From: Desulfatiglandales bacterium
GTDB lineage: Bacteria; Desulfobacterota; DSM-4660; Desulfatiglandales; Desulfatiglandaceae
Length of the DNA stretch: 64,000 bases
Direction of reading: 5' to 3'
Assembly: GCA_963666345.1 (NCBI GenBank)
Contig: OY762721.1
Span: forward strand, 928,001 to 992,000
Shown here: piece by piece, positions 37,564-46,588 of the stretch
How positions within the stretch are numbered: position 1 is the first letter of the stretch
How the letters are laid out: every line of letters starts with the position of its first letter
Notes under the pieces: generated by a model
What the model was told of the DNA's origin: nothing
Seen by the model: the letters and a program-made list of their open reading frames with translations, nothing else
Databases searched by the model: none
Position numbers and translations under genes: made by a program

Positions 37564-38862
37564 TTACCTGAGGCCTGGGAGGAACAGGGCGATCTGCGGA
37601 AAGATAATGAGGATGACGATACAGATCCCCATGGTGATGAAGAATGGCAGTATCCCTTTGAACACTACTTCAAGTTCCACATCGCTGGCTACGCCCTTTA
37701 TCACGTAGGCATTGATGCCCACCGGAGGGGTAATTGCCCCCATCTCCAGAAGAATTACGATGATTACCCCGAACCACACAGGATCGTAACCCAGCTTCAT
37801 GATCATCGGGAAAAACACCGAGATAGTCACAAGGAGAAACGAAAGCGCGTCCATAATGCACCCGCCCAGGGCGTAAATAGCCAGAACAAGCGCGAGGATT
37901 ACAACTCGCGGCACGGGCAGGGACACCACCCACTGAGCCAGTTCCGTAGGGATTCTGCTTACTGCTAGAAATTTACCGAATACCATGGCGCCTGCCAGTA
38001 TCAGGAAGAGCATGGCAACCACCTTGGTGGTCTCCATAGCGGCCGCGGAAAAGGCCTTCCAGCCTATCTGCCGCCTGAGCAGTCCGATCAAAAGGGTGCC
38101 TAAGGCGCCTACCCCGCCCGCTTCCGTGGGCGTGAACCAGCCGTCCATAAGCCCCCACATGATCAGGGCAAAGAGGATAAAGGCCTCCAGGGCCCCGGGC
38201 AGAGAGCGCAGCTTCTCCCTGAAAGTCGTTTTAGGCCCCTTAGGACCGAGATCGGGGTTAAATCGTGACAGGACAAAGATGGTAAGTACAAACAGGAGGG
38301 TCAGCAGAATCCCCGGCAGGATGCCGGCCACGAAAAGCTTTCCGATGGATTGTTCTGTCTGGATCCCGTATATAATCAGGACCACGCTGGGCGGGATGAG
38401 GATGCCCAGAGTTCCCCCTGCAGCGATGGCTCCGGTGGCAAGCGAAAGGTCGTAATTATGTTTTCTCATCTCAGGCAGGGCGACCGTGGCCATGGTGGCT
38501 GCCGTAGCCGAACTGGACCCGGAAATAGCCGAAAATCCGGCGCACCCGCCGATAGTGGCCATGGCAAGGCCGCATGGCAATTGTCCCAGCCAGGTATATG
38601 CAGTGGAAAAAAGTCGTCTGCTCATGCCTGCCTGAAACGCAATCTGTCCCATGAGGAAGAAAAGAGGCAGCACGGCCAGCGAATAGGAACTGAGGGTGAG
38701 AAATATCTCCTTTGCGAGCAGGCTGAGCGCCGCCGCAGGAGACACTATATACCCGAATCCCAGCAAACCGACCATGATAAGGGAAAAACCGATGGGTGTG
38801 CCGGAAAGGATCATGAAGAGCAGGGCGATGATACCGATAATACCAACCGTGATTTCGCTCAT
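37564..38862 (-). CDS. dctM: TRAP transporter large permease DctM
   Basis: SGSSSATAAT, GGTLGILIPPS, FTPTEAG, ITPPVG; start 38862 overlaps the dctQ stop. Confidence 0.92.
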   Translation of the reverse strand: MSEITVGIIGIIALLFMILSGTPIGFSLIMVGLLGFGYIVSPAAALSLLAKEIFLTLSSYSLAVLPLFFLMGQIAFQAGMSRRLFSTAYTWLGQLPCGLAMATIGGCAGFSAISGSSSATAATMATVALPEMRKHNYDLSLATGAIAAGGTLGILIPPSVVLIIYGIQTEQSIGKLFVAGILPGILLTLLFVLTIFVLSRFNPDLGPKGPKTTFREKLRSLPGALEAFILFALIMWGLMDGWFTPTEAGGVGALGTLLIGLLRRQIGWKAFSAAAMETTKVVAMLFLILAGAMVFGKFLAVSRIPTELAQWVVSLPVPRVVILALVLAIYALGGCIMDALSFLLVTISVFFPMIMKLGYDPVWFGVIIVILLEMGAITPPVGINAYVIKGVASDVELEVVFKGILPFFITMGICIVILIIFPQIALFLPGLR

Positions 38863-39356
38863 CTTGTTTCCACCCGCAACGGTGCCTTGAGGATATCCAC
38901 AAGAACGATAACGGCCGACAGGCCGAAGGCGAATGCAATTCCATACAGAAACGGATAAATGGGCATCTTCAGTGTGGCGGATACCTGCCCGCTCAGCACC
39001 ACTTTTATCCCGTATATGGCGCTCTGCCGGGCCACCAGGGCCAGTATGGTCAGGCATATAAGACGGTTTATCAAACCAAGGGCCAAACGTACGTTCAGAG
39101 GCAGGCGTGATATGACTATTTCAACCGCCATGTGGCCCCTGGAAAAGGTTGTCTGGATCAGGGAAAATGAAATCACGATCGTACCGAGAAAGCCCACGAT
39201 TTCAAAGGTACCCCAGATCGGCCTTCCGAAAGGCCTAAGGAATACATTTGCGTTTACCAGGAACATCATGGCTATCAGGGCGCCGGCGGCGCCCCGGTTA
39301 AGCCATATCGAAAGCTTTTCAAGCCCGCCCTCTAAACCATCCAGAAGCTGTTTCAA
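38859..39356 (-). CDS. dctQ: TRAP transporter small permease DctQ
   Basis: NVFLR..PIWGTFEI, GHMAVE, 4 TM helices. Confidence 0.88.
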   Translation of the reverse strand: MKQLLDGLEGGLEKLSIWLNRGAAGALIAMMFLVNANVFLRPFGRPIWGTFEIVGFLGTIVISFSLIQTTFSRGHMAVEIVISRLPLNVRLALGLINRLICLTILALVARQSAIYGIKVVLSGQVSATLKMPIYPFLYGIAFAFGLSAVIVLVDILKAPLRVETR

Positions 39357-39414
39357 CTTATATCTCCACCCTCTCCTTTTTTCATGAACGGCATTTCAAC
39401 CGGTAGAAAAACTT

Positions 39415-40428
39415 TTAACGATATTTCTCGATGAGCTGTTCGATTTCCTCGACAAATGCCTTGCCCGGCAGACCCTTGGCCTCCATGGCCTTTATGTATT
39501 CGTCCCTGAGAGGCTTGTAGGCGGCATGCCACCTTGCCTTCTCCTCAGGCGTCAGGGTGATGATCTCCAGTCCCTCTTCCTCTGCATATTTGAGACCCGC
39601 CTTCGAGGCATTGTCCCATACATCACCTGCAATGCCGATGTATTCTTTGCTGACCTCGTCAAAGACCTTCCGGATATCCTCCGGCAGGCCGTTCCACCTG
39701 TCGAGGTTCATGCTCACGAAAAACGGCGCTACGTGAAAGTAGGTTAAGGTCACGTACTTGACGACTTCGGCCTGGCGAAAACCTTTAAGCACGTCCAGGC
39801 TGCTGATGGAACCTTTGACTATACCCTTTGACAGCATCTCATAGACCTGGCTCTGCGGAGCGCTTACCGGGACACCGCCCATAAGTTTGACCAGCTTTCC
39901 GGTAGGTCCCCCCGCCCTTATCTCCATTCCCTTCACATCCTCCAGCGTGCGAACCGGTGTCTTGGTCCACATATGCATGGGCGCGCAGGTATGAATAAAG
40001 AGCAGATGCGTATCAGAGAGCTCTTTTAACCTGAATTTTTCATTTACTTCGTTCGCGATCCTGGCCGCGACCTTGGCGGATGGAAAACCCGGAGCATAGA
40101 TAAAGGCATCCATTACCGGGTGACGCCCTCTTTCCCATCCGAAAGAACTGGTTCCGATATCCGTGATACCGTCCACTATGCTGCTGTACATGACGTTTCC
40201 GCTTACAAGGGTACCCGCCGGATACAGAGTGATCTTGACCTTTCCGTCGGTCCGTTTCTCGATCTCCTCGGCCCACGGTTGGCTGATGGCCGAGTAGTAA
40301 GGGTGGGTGGCGGGTGTGATCTGGGCGAACCGGAACTTATAAACCTTATCCTTGGCATAAGCCGGGGACAGGCAGAAGATCATACCGGCAATCATCAGTG
40401 CGGATAACATTACGAGTTTTTTCTTCAT
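39415..40428 (-). CDS. dctP: TRAP transporter substrate-binding protein DctP
   Basis: Signal peptide, EKRTDGKVKITLYPAGTL, PVRTLEDVKGMEIR, MNLDRWNGLP. Confidence 0.92.
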   Translation of the reverse strand: MKKKLVMLSALMIAGMIFCLSPAYAKDKVYKFRFAQITPATHPYYSAISQPWAEEIEKRTDGKVKITLYPAGTLVSGNVMYSSIVDGITDIGTSSFGWERGRHPVMDAFIYAPGFPSAKVAARIANEVNEKFRLKELSDTHLLFIHTCAPMHMWTKTPVRTLEDVKGMEIRAGGPTGKLVKLMGGVPVSAPQSQVYEMLSKGIVKGSISSLDVLKGFRQAEVVKYVTLTYFHVAPFFVSMNLDRWNGLPEDIRKVFDEVSKEYIGIAGDVWDNASKAGLKYAEEEGLEIITLTPEEKARWHAAYKPLRDEYIKAMEAKGLPGKAFVEEIEQLIEKYR

Positions 40429-40491
40429 GATTTTTATCCTTTTCTAAGAGGTTGAACAACATGCCCGATGGTTAAAAAGGCTTTTTCCGTT

Positions 40492-41715
40492 TCAATGAAA
40501 GACCTGGGCCGGGCCATTGACCTTCCGGCCGTCCTTGTACACGCCCCAAATTCTTTTTTTATCGGTAAGCAAGGAAATATCTTCAAGGGGATTTCCATCT
40601 ACGATCATCAGGTCCGCGCGCCTGCCCGCGGCTATGGTTCCGATGGTATCGGCCATGCCCAGCAGCTCGGCCGCGCCGGAGGTTGAACAGATTATGGCAT
40701 CCTGCGGCGAAAATCCGTTTCCAACGAGATAGACAAGTTCAAAGGCATTCTCACCGTGACGGTTGAAAGGGGTGCCCGCATCCGTTCCCATGGCGATTTT
40801 AGCACCGGCATCCCTGGCCCTTGAAATCCCCGCCACATGGTCTTCGGCGAGCCGTTTCGTTTTTTCCACAAACTCGGCAGGGATGCCGAAGCCGACACCC
40901 TTGGTCATAATATTAAAAGGAGCGCTGAAGGTGGGGACCAGGAAGGTCCCTCTCTTTATAATCTCTTCGATGATTGCGTCATCAAGGCTCACCCCGTGTT
41001 CGACCGAGTCGATCCCCGCGAAAACCGCGTTTCTCGTTCCCTCAAGGCTCTGGGAGTGCGCGCATGTCTTAAGACCCAGTTTGTGCGCCTCCTCTATCCC
41101 GGCCTTTAATTCATCCGGATTGAGCTGCGGGACTCCTGCCTTGCCGCCCCTTGTCAGCACTCCTCCGGTTGCCATGAATTTGATCCAGGAGACCCCTGCC
41201 GCCATCTGTTTTCTGACGGCCTGTCTTACCTCGTCCGGCCCGTCAGCCACGCATCCCATCTGATGGCCGTGCCCCCCGGTGATACATATCATCTGACCTG
41301 AGCAGGCCATTCGGGGGCCGTCCGCGATGCCCGCCTCGACAGCATCCCTCATGTGGATATCAATAAAATCCTTGGATCCTGCATCACGCACCGTGGTTAT
41401 GCCCGCGCCCAGCGTCAGGCGTGCGTTGGCTGCCGTCTTAAGGGTCGCTGCGGCAACAGGCACTGCCGTAAGCCCCGTCATCGGATCAGGTGAGCCGTCA
41501 AGGCTGAGATGGACATGGCAGTCGATCAATCCCGGAAGGATGGTCTTTCCCTCAAGGTCGGTAATGTCCGCGCCCTGCTCCGATCCCATGTACTTTAAAT
41601 CGGGCTCTCCCTCTCCCACTTCACTGATCTGATTGTCTTCGATCAGCAGCCAGCCCTTTTCAATCACACCGCCTGCGCCGTCAATAATCCGCAGGCTTTT
41701 AAAAAATGTCTTCAA
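40492..41715 (-). CDS. Metal-dependent amidohydrolase (Xaa-Pro dipeptidase-like subgroup)
   Basis: PGLIDCHVH, GITTVRDAG, IKFMATGG, SVEHG, MGTDAG; probable TTG start at 41715 with RBS AAGGAG. Confidence 0.9.
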   Translation of the reverse strand: MKTFFKSLRIIDGAGGVIEKGWLLIEDNQISEVGEGEPDLKYMGSEQGADITDLEGKTILPGLIDCHVHLSLDGSPDPMTGLTAVPVAAATLKTAANARLTLGAGITTVRDAGSKDFIDIHMRDAVEAGIADGPRMACSGQMICITGGHGHQMGCVADGPDEVRQAVRKQMAAGVSWIKFMATGGVLTRGGKAGVPQLNPDELKAGIEEAHKLGLKTCAHSQSLEGTRNAVFAGIDSVEHGVSLDDAIIEEIIKRGTFLVPTFSAPFNIMTKGVGFGIPAEFVEKTKRLAEDHVAGISRARDAGAKIAMGTDAGTPFNRHGENAFELVYLVGNGFSPQDAIICSTSGAAELLGMADTIGTIAAGRRADLMIVDGNPLEDISLLTDKKRIWGVYKDGRKVNGPAQVFH

Positions 41716-41965
41716 TGTCTTTGGCTCCTTTCCGATCCGGTCACAATCCGGGTACAGCATGCCCCTTAAAAGACGACTGGCGATGTTTTCACATTCCCCC
41801 CCCCCGATCCCCCCCCCGGGGTCTGACCAAGCTGTTGGGTGACCCTGCTTTTTATAACTTAGTTTCGCATTTCTCAACAAAAAAACACCACCCGGCAGCC
41901 GAATCCCCTCCCCTGCATGATGCCTCGGAAAGCCCGTAAAGGCATCAGGTAGCGGATCTTTATTC

Positions 41966-42067
41966 TTACCACGCCTCGATCGCTACGAACAGGACATTGA
42001 GCGCAACGCCTAGGGCAAAAGCCCGGTTGTAATCTGCCGCCTGATGATTGTCCTGTTCATGAGGCAT
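41966..42067 (-). pseudogene. 33-codon remnant of a CDF (CzcD-like) cation transporter N-terminus
   Basis: Manual translation MPHEQDNHQAADYNRAFALGVALNVLFVAIEAW*, RBS CAGGAG; resembles the YNRAFAIGVALN start of CDF transporters. Confidence 0.6.
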
Positions 42068-42139
42068 ATTCACACTCCTGTCCGCCCAAGGCTGACATAG
42101 ATGGATCGGCCCTTTGAAGCGCACCTCATAAGACCCTGA

Positions 42140-42664
42140 TCAGAGCCCCTCTTTCTTATACAGCCTCGCCATCTCAAGGTATTGTTCCGGGGCCTGCTCA
42201 ACCCACCAGAGCTGTTCATCCGTTACCGCTCCCTTTATAATACCGGGAACACCCGCTACAAAGGATCTTTCAGGCACCTTCATGCCCTGGCCCACAAGAC
42301 AGCCCGCACCCAGGATACAGAATCTCCCGATCTCCGCGTCATGAAGAAGAGTCGCGTTCATACCCACAAGCACGCGGTCCCCAATGCTGCTGCAGTTTAT
42401 GACCGCCCCATGACCTATATGGACATTGTTTCCGATAAACAGATGCCCGGATCCTTTGCCAGTTGTTCCTCCATGGATGGTGACATTGTCTTCTACGGCG
42501 GTATTTTCCCCGATCGTTACCCTTCCGAAATCGGCCCTTATCACGGCACCCGGCCACACGCTTGAATTCTCTCCTATTTCCACATCCCCCACTACATAGG
42601 CCGCCTCGCTTATAAAGGCAGACTCGGCAATTATTGGTCTTTTTTCTCTGAAACTTCTGATCAT
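42140..42664 (-). CDS. Gamma-carbonic anhydrase family (YrdA/PaaY/CaiE-like) hexapeptide-repeat protein
   Basis: VVGDVEIGENSSVWPGAVIRAD, EDNVTIH, IGHGAVI; RBS AAGGAG before ATG 42664. Confidence 0.88.
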   Translation of the reverse strand: MIRSFREKRPIIAESAFISEAAYVVGDVEIGENSSVWPGAVIRADFGRVTIGENTAVEDNVTIHGGTTGKGSGHLFIGNNVHIGHGAVINCSSIGDRVLVGMNATLLHDAEIGRFCILGAGCLVGQGMKVPERSFVAGVPGIIKGAVTDEQLWWVEQAPEQYLEMARLYKKEGL

Positions 42665-42802
42665 GCGCAGCTCCTTAAAAAAGTTTAATATCATTTAATT
42701 TTGTTAACTCCATTTATACACTTTGATATAAAAACAGTCTATTTAAACGTTATATCCAGCATTATGAATTATTTATTATTGACATTTACATGAACTAAGA
42801 CT

Positions 42803-42827
42803 ACTGAATACTGTAGACTGTATACAG
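42803..42827. promoter_or_regulatory. Candidate GntR operator in the divergent promoter region
   Basis: Heptad repeats ACTGAAT-ACTGTAG-ACTGTAT ending in palindrome CTGTATACAG (42818-42827); TTGACA at 42779-42784. Confidence 0.55.
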
Positions 42828-42840
42828 AGTTAAAGGGATC

Positions 42841-43488
42841 ATGGAAATCAAAACCGTTACAAATACCGTAACAGAATACTTGCGAAAACTGATTATTGTC
42901 GGGGAATTTTCAGCGGGTCAAAGGATAAATGAAACCGATCTTGCAGTAAGTCTCAAGATCAGCAGGCCTCCTATCCGTGAATCATTGAGGATACTGGAAA
43001 ATGAAACCCTTGTCGTAAATATTCCGAGAAAAGGTACTTACGTCACCGATATATCAAGCGAAAGGTTGCGCGATATCTGCCAGGCAAGGGAGATGCTTGA
43101 ATGTTATGCCATTGATATTCTAAAGGCAAAAAAGATAAAGACCCTTCCCGATGTTATCGCATCCTTGGAGTCGGCATCAGAATTACCCATACCTTCACAA
43201 GATAATAAGGATGAGGTGTTCGACTACCTTAAGGCCTTTGTGGATTTTCACATAAAACTGATTGAGGCAAGCGGCAACAGCTGGGTAATTCATTTCTATA
43301 AGTCAATTGCTTCTCATCTGGCGCGATATCAATTCATTTACCTGTATGTCCCCGGTACAGGCAGCCGTTCAACCGAGGAGCATTATAAGATAATGGACCT
43401 TATAAAGTCCGGCAACTATGAAAAAGCCAAAAAAATCATGAAAGACCATACAAATTATATATTTGAGTTTTTAAGAAACAAAATTTAG
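42841..43488 (+). CDS. GntR (FCD) family transcriptional regulator
   Basis: GQRINETDLA..LKISRPPIRESLRILE, FH..LIEASGN, EEH. Confidence 0.92.
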   Translation: MEIKTVTNTVTEYLRKLIIVGEFSAGQRINETDLAVSLKISRPPIRESLRILENETLVVNIPRKGTYVTDISSERLRDICQAREMLECYAIDILKAKKIKTLPDVIASLESASELPIPSQDNKDEVFDYLKAFVDFHIKLIEASGNSWVIHFYKSIASHLARYQFIYLYVPGTGSRSTEEHYKIMDLIKSGNYEKAKKIMKDHTNYIFEFLRNKI

Positions 43489-43528
43489 CTAGTTCCCATC
43501 CAGAGATGATCCATTTCTGGATGTTGCC

Positions 43529-43609
43529 TTCAGACGTCAGCCATCGGCAAGTAGCCAACAAATTGATATCTCAAGTGTTTTACTGACAGCTGAGAGCTGA
43601 TTGCTGATA
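43529..43609. repeat. Short inverted arrays of heptamer repeats
   Basis: TTCAGAC-GTCAGCC-ATCGGCA (43529-43549) facing ACTGACA-GCTGAGA-GCTGATT-GCTGATA (43582-43609). Confidence 0.45.
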
Positions 43610-43715
43610 GCGTGAGTCCGTCTTGATTTATGGATGAATACCAGCAAGATCGACTAAACGGACGACAAGGATAGAGTTGAACCTGTAACCGTAAAAATCA
43701 AAAAGGGACCCGGCC

Positions 43716-44927
43716 TTGAAAATTCCGAATTCCGTATTTACCAAACGTCTCAAGAATACCTGCGAAAAAATGCAGGCCCGGAACCTGAGCGGCCTCGTAG
43801 TATATTCTACCGGCAGTATGATCGGCAATACCAGCAGCACTCACGGCTACATACGATATCTATGCGGCTGGGACGGGAGAAATTTACCCTCTGTCTTGGT
43901 ATTGACCCCTGGAAGAGCGCCTATCCTGTTTGTACCTATGCGTTCTTCTCAACTATTTGCCAGGGAAACTTTGTGTTTTGATGATATCCGCGCCGTTCCA
44001 AAGGCAAAAACCGGCCAGGAAATAGCCGATGTTGTCAATTCATTGGTTAAGGGAAACAAAAAAGTCGGATATATCGGACGCGACGAAACACCCGCACCTG
44101 TCTATGAGTCGCTGAAGGAATCCACACAGGGTATTGAATGGATCGAAGCGAACAGGATCATTGACGAGCAGAGAGTTGTAAAAGATGAAATTCAAATCGT
44201 TTTTCATCAGCGCGCGGCCGATATCTGTGATGCGATGTTTGGAACTCTGAGCAGGGAGATTTCAAAAGGCAAGAAGGCATATCAGCTTCAGGCCGACATG
44301 GAACATACCGCCAGATATATGGGTTGTGAACATGCCTCAAGCTTTTTAAGCGTCGGTCCGATCGCAGACAGACCCAGATATTCCAAGGGGGAATGCTCAA
44401 GGGCCCCTCAAAAGGGAGATCAGATCCTGGCAGCGCTTTTCGTCATGTATGAGGGGCATTGGGGGCATGCCATAAGAATCGGGACTATGGGAGATCCCGA
44501 TGAAGCCCAGACAAGGGCATTTGATATTGTTCTGGAAATGGAGGAAGCCGCATTAAGCAGGATGCAACCGGGAACGGAACTGAGCGAAGTTTGGATGGCC
44601 TCCGATAATGTACTTAGAAAGTATTATCCCGATGTAAGAGATCTTGACTGGTACTGGCTCAAGACAGGGCACAGCCTGGGCCTCGACTATAACGATCCGA
44701 TTTTATCAAATGCCTTCCCCAATCCCTATTTACTAAGAACCGAGGATATCGGAAGAGATGAGAAGAACGGGCCATCCATTAAAATTGAGGAAGGCATGCT
44801 TTTCGAGCTTCATCCCAACCTCTTTATTAAAGATGCCGCCACAGGAGTTATCGGTGATATGGTCCTTGTAAATGAAACAGGTTATGAGATTCTAAATAAA
44901 TTCCCCCGACAATTAATAACCTGGTAA
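43716..44927 (+). CDS. M24 (pita-bread fold) creatinase/prolidase-like hydrolase, metal ligands degenerate
   Basis: IRYLCG, RVVKDE, GHSLGL, EEGMLFELHPN, GDMVLVNETGYEILN. Confidence 0.8.
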   Translation: MKIPNSVFTKRLKNTCEKMQARNLSGLVVYSTGSMIGNTSSTHGYIRYLCGWDGRNLPSVLVLTPGRAPILFVPMRSSQLFARETLCFDDIRAVPKAKTGQEIADVVNSLVKGNKKVGYIGRDETPAPVYESLKESTQGIEWIEANRIIDEQRVVKDEIQIVFHQRAADICDAMFGTLSREISKGKKAYQLQADMEHTARYMGCEHASSFLSVGPIADRPRYSKGECSRAPQKGDQILAALFVMYEGHWGHAIRIGTMGDPDEAQTRAFDIVLEMEEAALSRMQPGTELSEVWMASDNVLRKYYPDVRDLDWYWLKTGHSLGLDYNDPILSNAFPNPYLLRTEDIGRDEKNGPSIKIEEGMLFELHPNLFIKDAATGVIGDMVLVNETGYEILNKFPRQLITW

Positions 44928-45009
44928 TGAGGCAAAAAAACGTCTGACTTCATCATGATTTATTTACTTAATTCTTATTAAAATTCAAACTTAGATTGAG
45001 GAGGCAAAG

Positions 45010-45369
45010 ATGAAAAGATCTATCGTATTTCTGTTGGTTATGTTTTTCCTGACCGTATCCTGCACCGGCACTTCCATGGGAATCAAAAAGAAAAGCGTGG
45101 AAAGTGCGAAGATAGAAAAAGTTGAATTTAAACCGGACAAAAAGGGGAATTATTATGTCCATGTGACCATAAAGAATATGTCCGGAAAGGATAGACCTTT
45201 CTATCTGGCGCTCCAGGCAGATGATCAGGTCCCCCAGTTTACCGCGTCAGGGAAAAAAGGGCAGCCGAATCTGGTTAAGGCGGGCGAAAGTTACACATTC
45301 AAAGTAAATACATGGAGAAAGGCCAAACCTCAAAAACTTCAGATAGAGGTAAAGGAGACATTGAGATAG
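45010..45369 (+). CDS. Hypothetical lipoprotein
   Basis: Lipobox-like LTVSC after a hydrophobic stretch; RBS GAGGAGG. Confidence 0.7.
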   Translation: MKRSIVFLLVMFFLTVSCTGTSMGIKKKSVESAKIEKVEFKPDKKGNYYVHVTIKNMSGKDRPFYLALQADDQVPQFTASGKKGQPNLVKAGESYTFKVNTWRKAKPQKLQIEVKETLR

Positions 45370-45467
45370 CCGCGGACAGCCAAATGCAATCCAATGTCAC
45401 TTAAATGAGCACATACAATTTCAAGCTTATCGATTTTAAAACATTGCCAATCCAAGGAGAAAAACCA

Positions 45468-46466
45468 ATGAAAAAACATGCGGGATTCTTTTTTGTCTTC
45501 ATAGCATTAGTGATTCTGACATTGCCGGCCAACTCCCATGCCAAGAAAACATATCTTTTCTTCGGGGCCAGTGCAGCCTCTTCAAGCCACTATGCATATG
45601 TAGTCGGTGCCACAAAAGCTATAAATAAGTATGTCTCGGGGGTAAAGGCTAATGTGGTTGAAACAGGCGCAAGCGTGGACAACCTCAAAAGGGTCAAATC
45701 GGGTGAAATTGACATGGGCATCTGCTCCATGAAAGTCATGTATGAGGCATGGCAGGGACTTTCCCGATGGAAAGATAACGCCTTGCCTGATACGAGACTG
45801 CTCTGGCTCTACGCGGTAGGCATTGATTTTATAGTAGTCAGAGCAGACAGCGGAGTGGAAAAACTTGAAGACCTCAATGGCAAGAAATTCAACCCGGGAA
45901 TCAGGGGCTCTGCTTCAGAGGCTACCACAAAGCAGATATTCAAGATACTCGGGGTAGAGCCGGTTTATCATATCGGTGCGACATCCGATGCCGTTAAGGC
46001 GATAAAAGACAACAGGATAGTTGGTTATGTCAAAACAGGAGTAGGAACACAGCTCGATGCATCGACCCTGGACATCATGACCCTTACCAAAGTACGGCTA
46101 ATTCCGCTTACAAGCGAACACACAAAGAAGATTCTGGCTGAAATTCCCTATATCTCATTCATCACTGTTCCATCGGGTGGAATAAAAGCCATGCCTGATC
46201 AGCCGGCATATACGATGTGGGGAAGGCCGATAGGCGTAATGTGCAGCAAGAAGCTTCCGGACGACATAGCCAATAAACTTGTAAAGGGGATAATAAAGGG
46301 TAAAAAATACCAGGTTGACGCATGGCCGGCATTTAAGGAATTGGATCTTGTTCAGGATCCGCCGGACCTGACGCTTATTCCCATCCATAAGGGGGCCTTG
46401 GAGGCATACCGCGAACTTGGAGCAAAAGATATCCGACCGATAGCAATACCTCCGGAAGCAAAATAA
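45468..46466 (+). CDS. TAXI-family TRAP substrate-binding protein
   Basis: VETGASVDNL, VVRADSGVEKLEDLNGKKFNPG, IPIHKGA..AYRELG; start 45468 with RBS AAGGAG. Confidence 0.9.
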   Translation: MKKHAGFFFVFIALVILTLPANSHAKKTYLFFGASAASSSHYAYVVGATKAINKYVSGVKANVVETGASVDNLKRVKSGEIDMGICSMKVMYEAWQGLSRWKDNALPDTRLLWLYAVGIDFIVVRADSGVEKLEDLNGKKFNPGIRGSASEATTKQIFKILGVEPVYHIGATSDAVKAIKDNRIVGYVKTGVGTQLDASTLDIMTLTKVRLIPLTSEHTKKILAEIPYISFITVPSGGIKAMPDQPAYTMWGRPIGVMCSKKLPDDIANKLVKGIIKGKKYQVDAWPAFKELDLVQDPPDLTLIPIHKGALEAYRELGAKDIRPIAIPPEAK

Positions 46467-46478
46467 GGCTGTAAAAAA

Positions 46479-46521
46479 ATAATAAAGGAGCGCTTCCATT
46501 AGTGGACCGCTCCTTTATTAT
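46479..46521 (+). terminator. Intergenic stem-loop between the TAXI and permease genes (terminator or mRNA stabiliser)
   Basis: ATAATAAAGGAGCG...CGCTCCTTTATTAT inverted repeat. Confidence 0.65.
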
Positions 46522-46588
46522 GGAATTTTTTGTTATTAACCCGGCAAAATCCGGTATTCCGTACTGAAAATACCTCAAGGAGCAATGC

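Noticed and set aside
41716..41880. Long N-terminal extension of the amidohydrolase in the ORF track (likewise for nadA, tctB, dctM, YkgJ, MenA-like and ftsH-2)
   Set aside because: Downstream starts have better RBS or translational coupling and match where the family domains begin.
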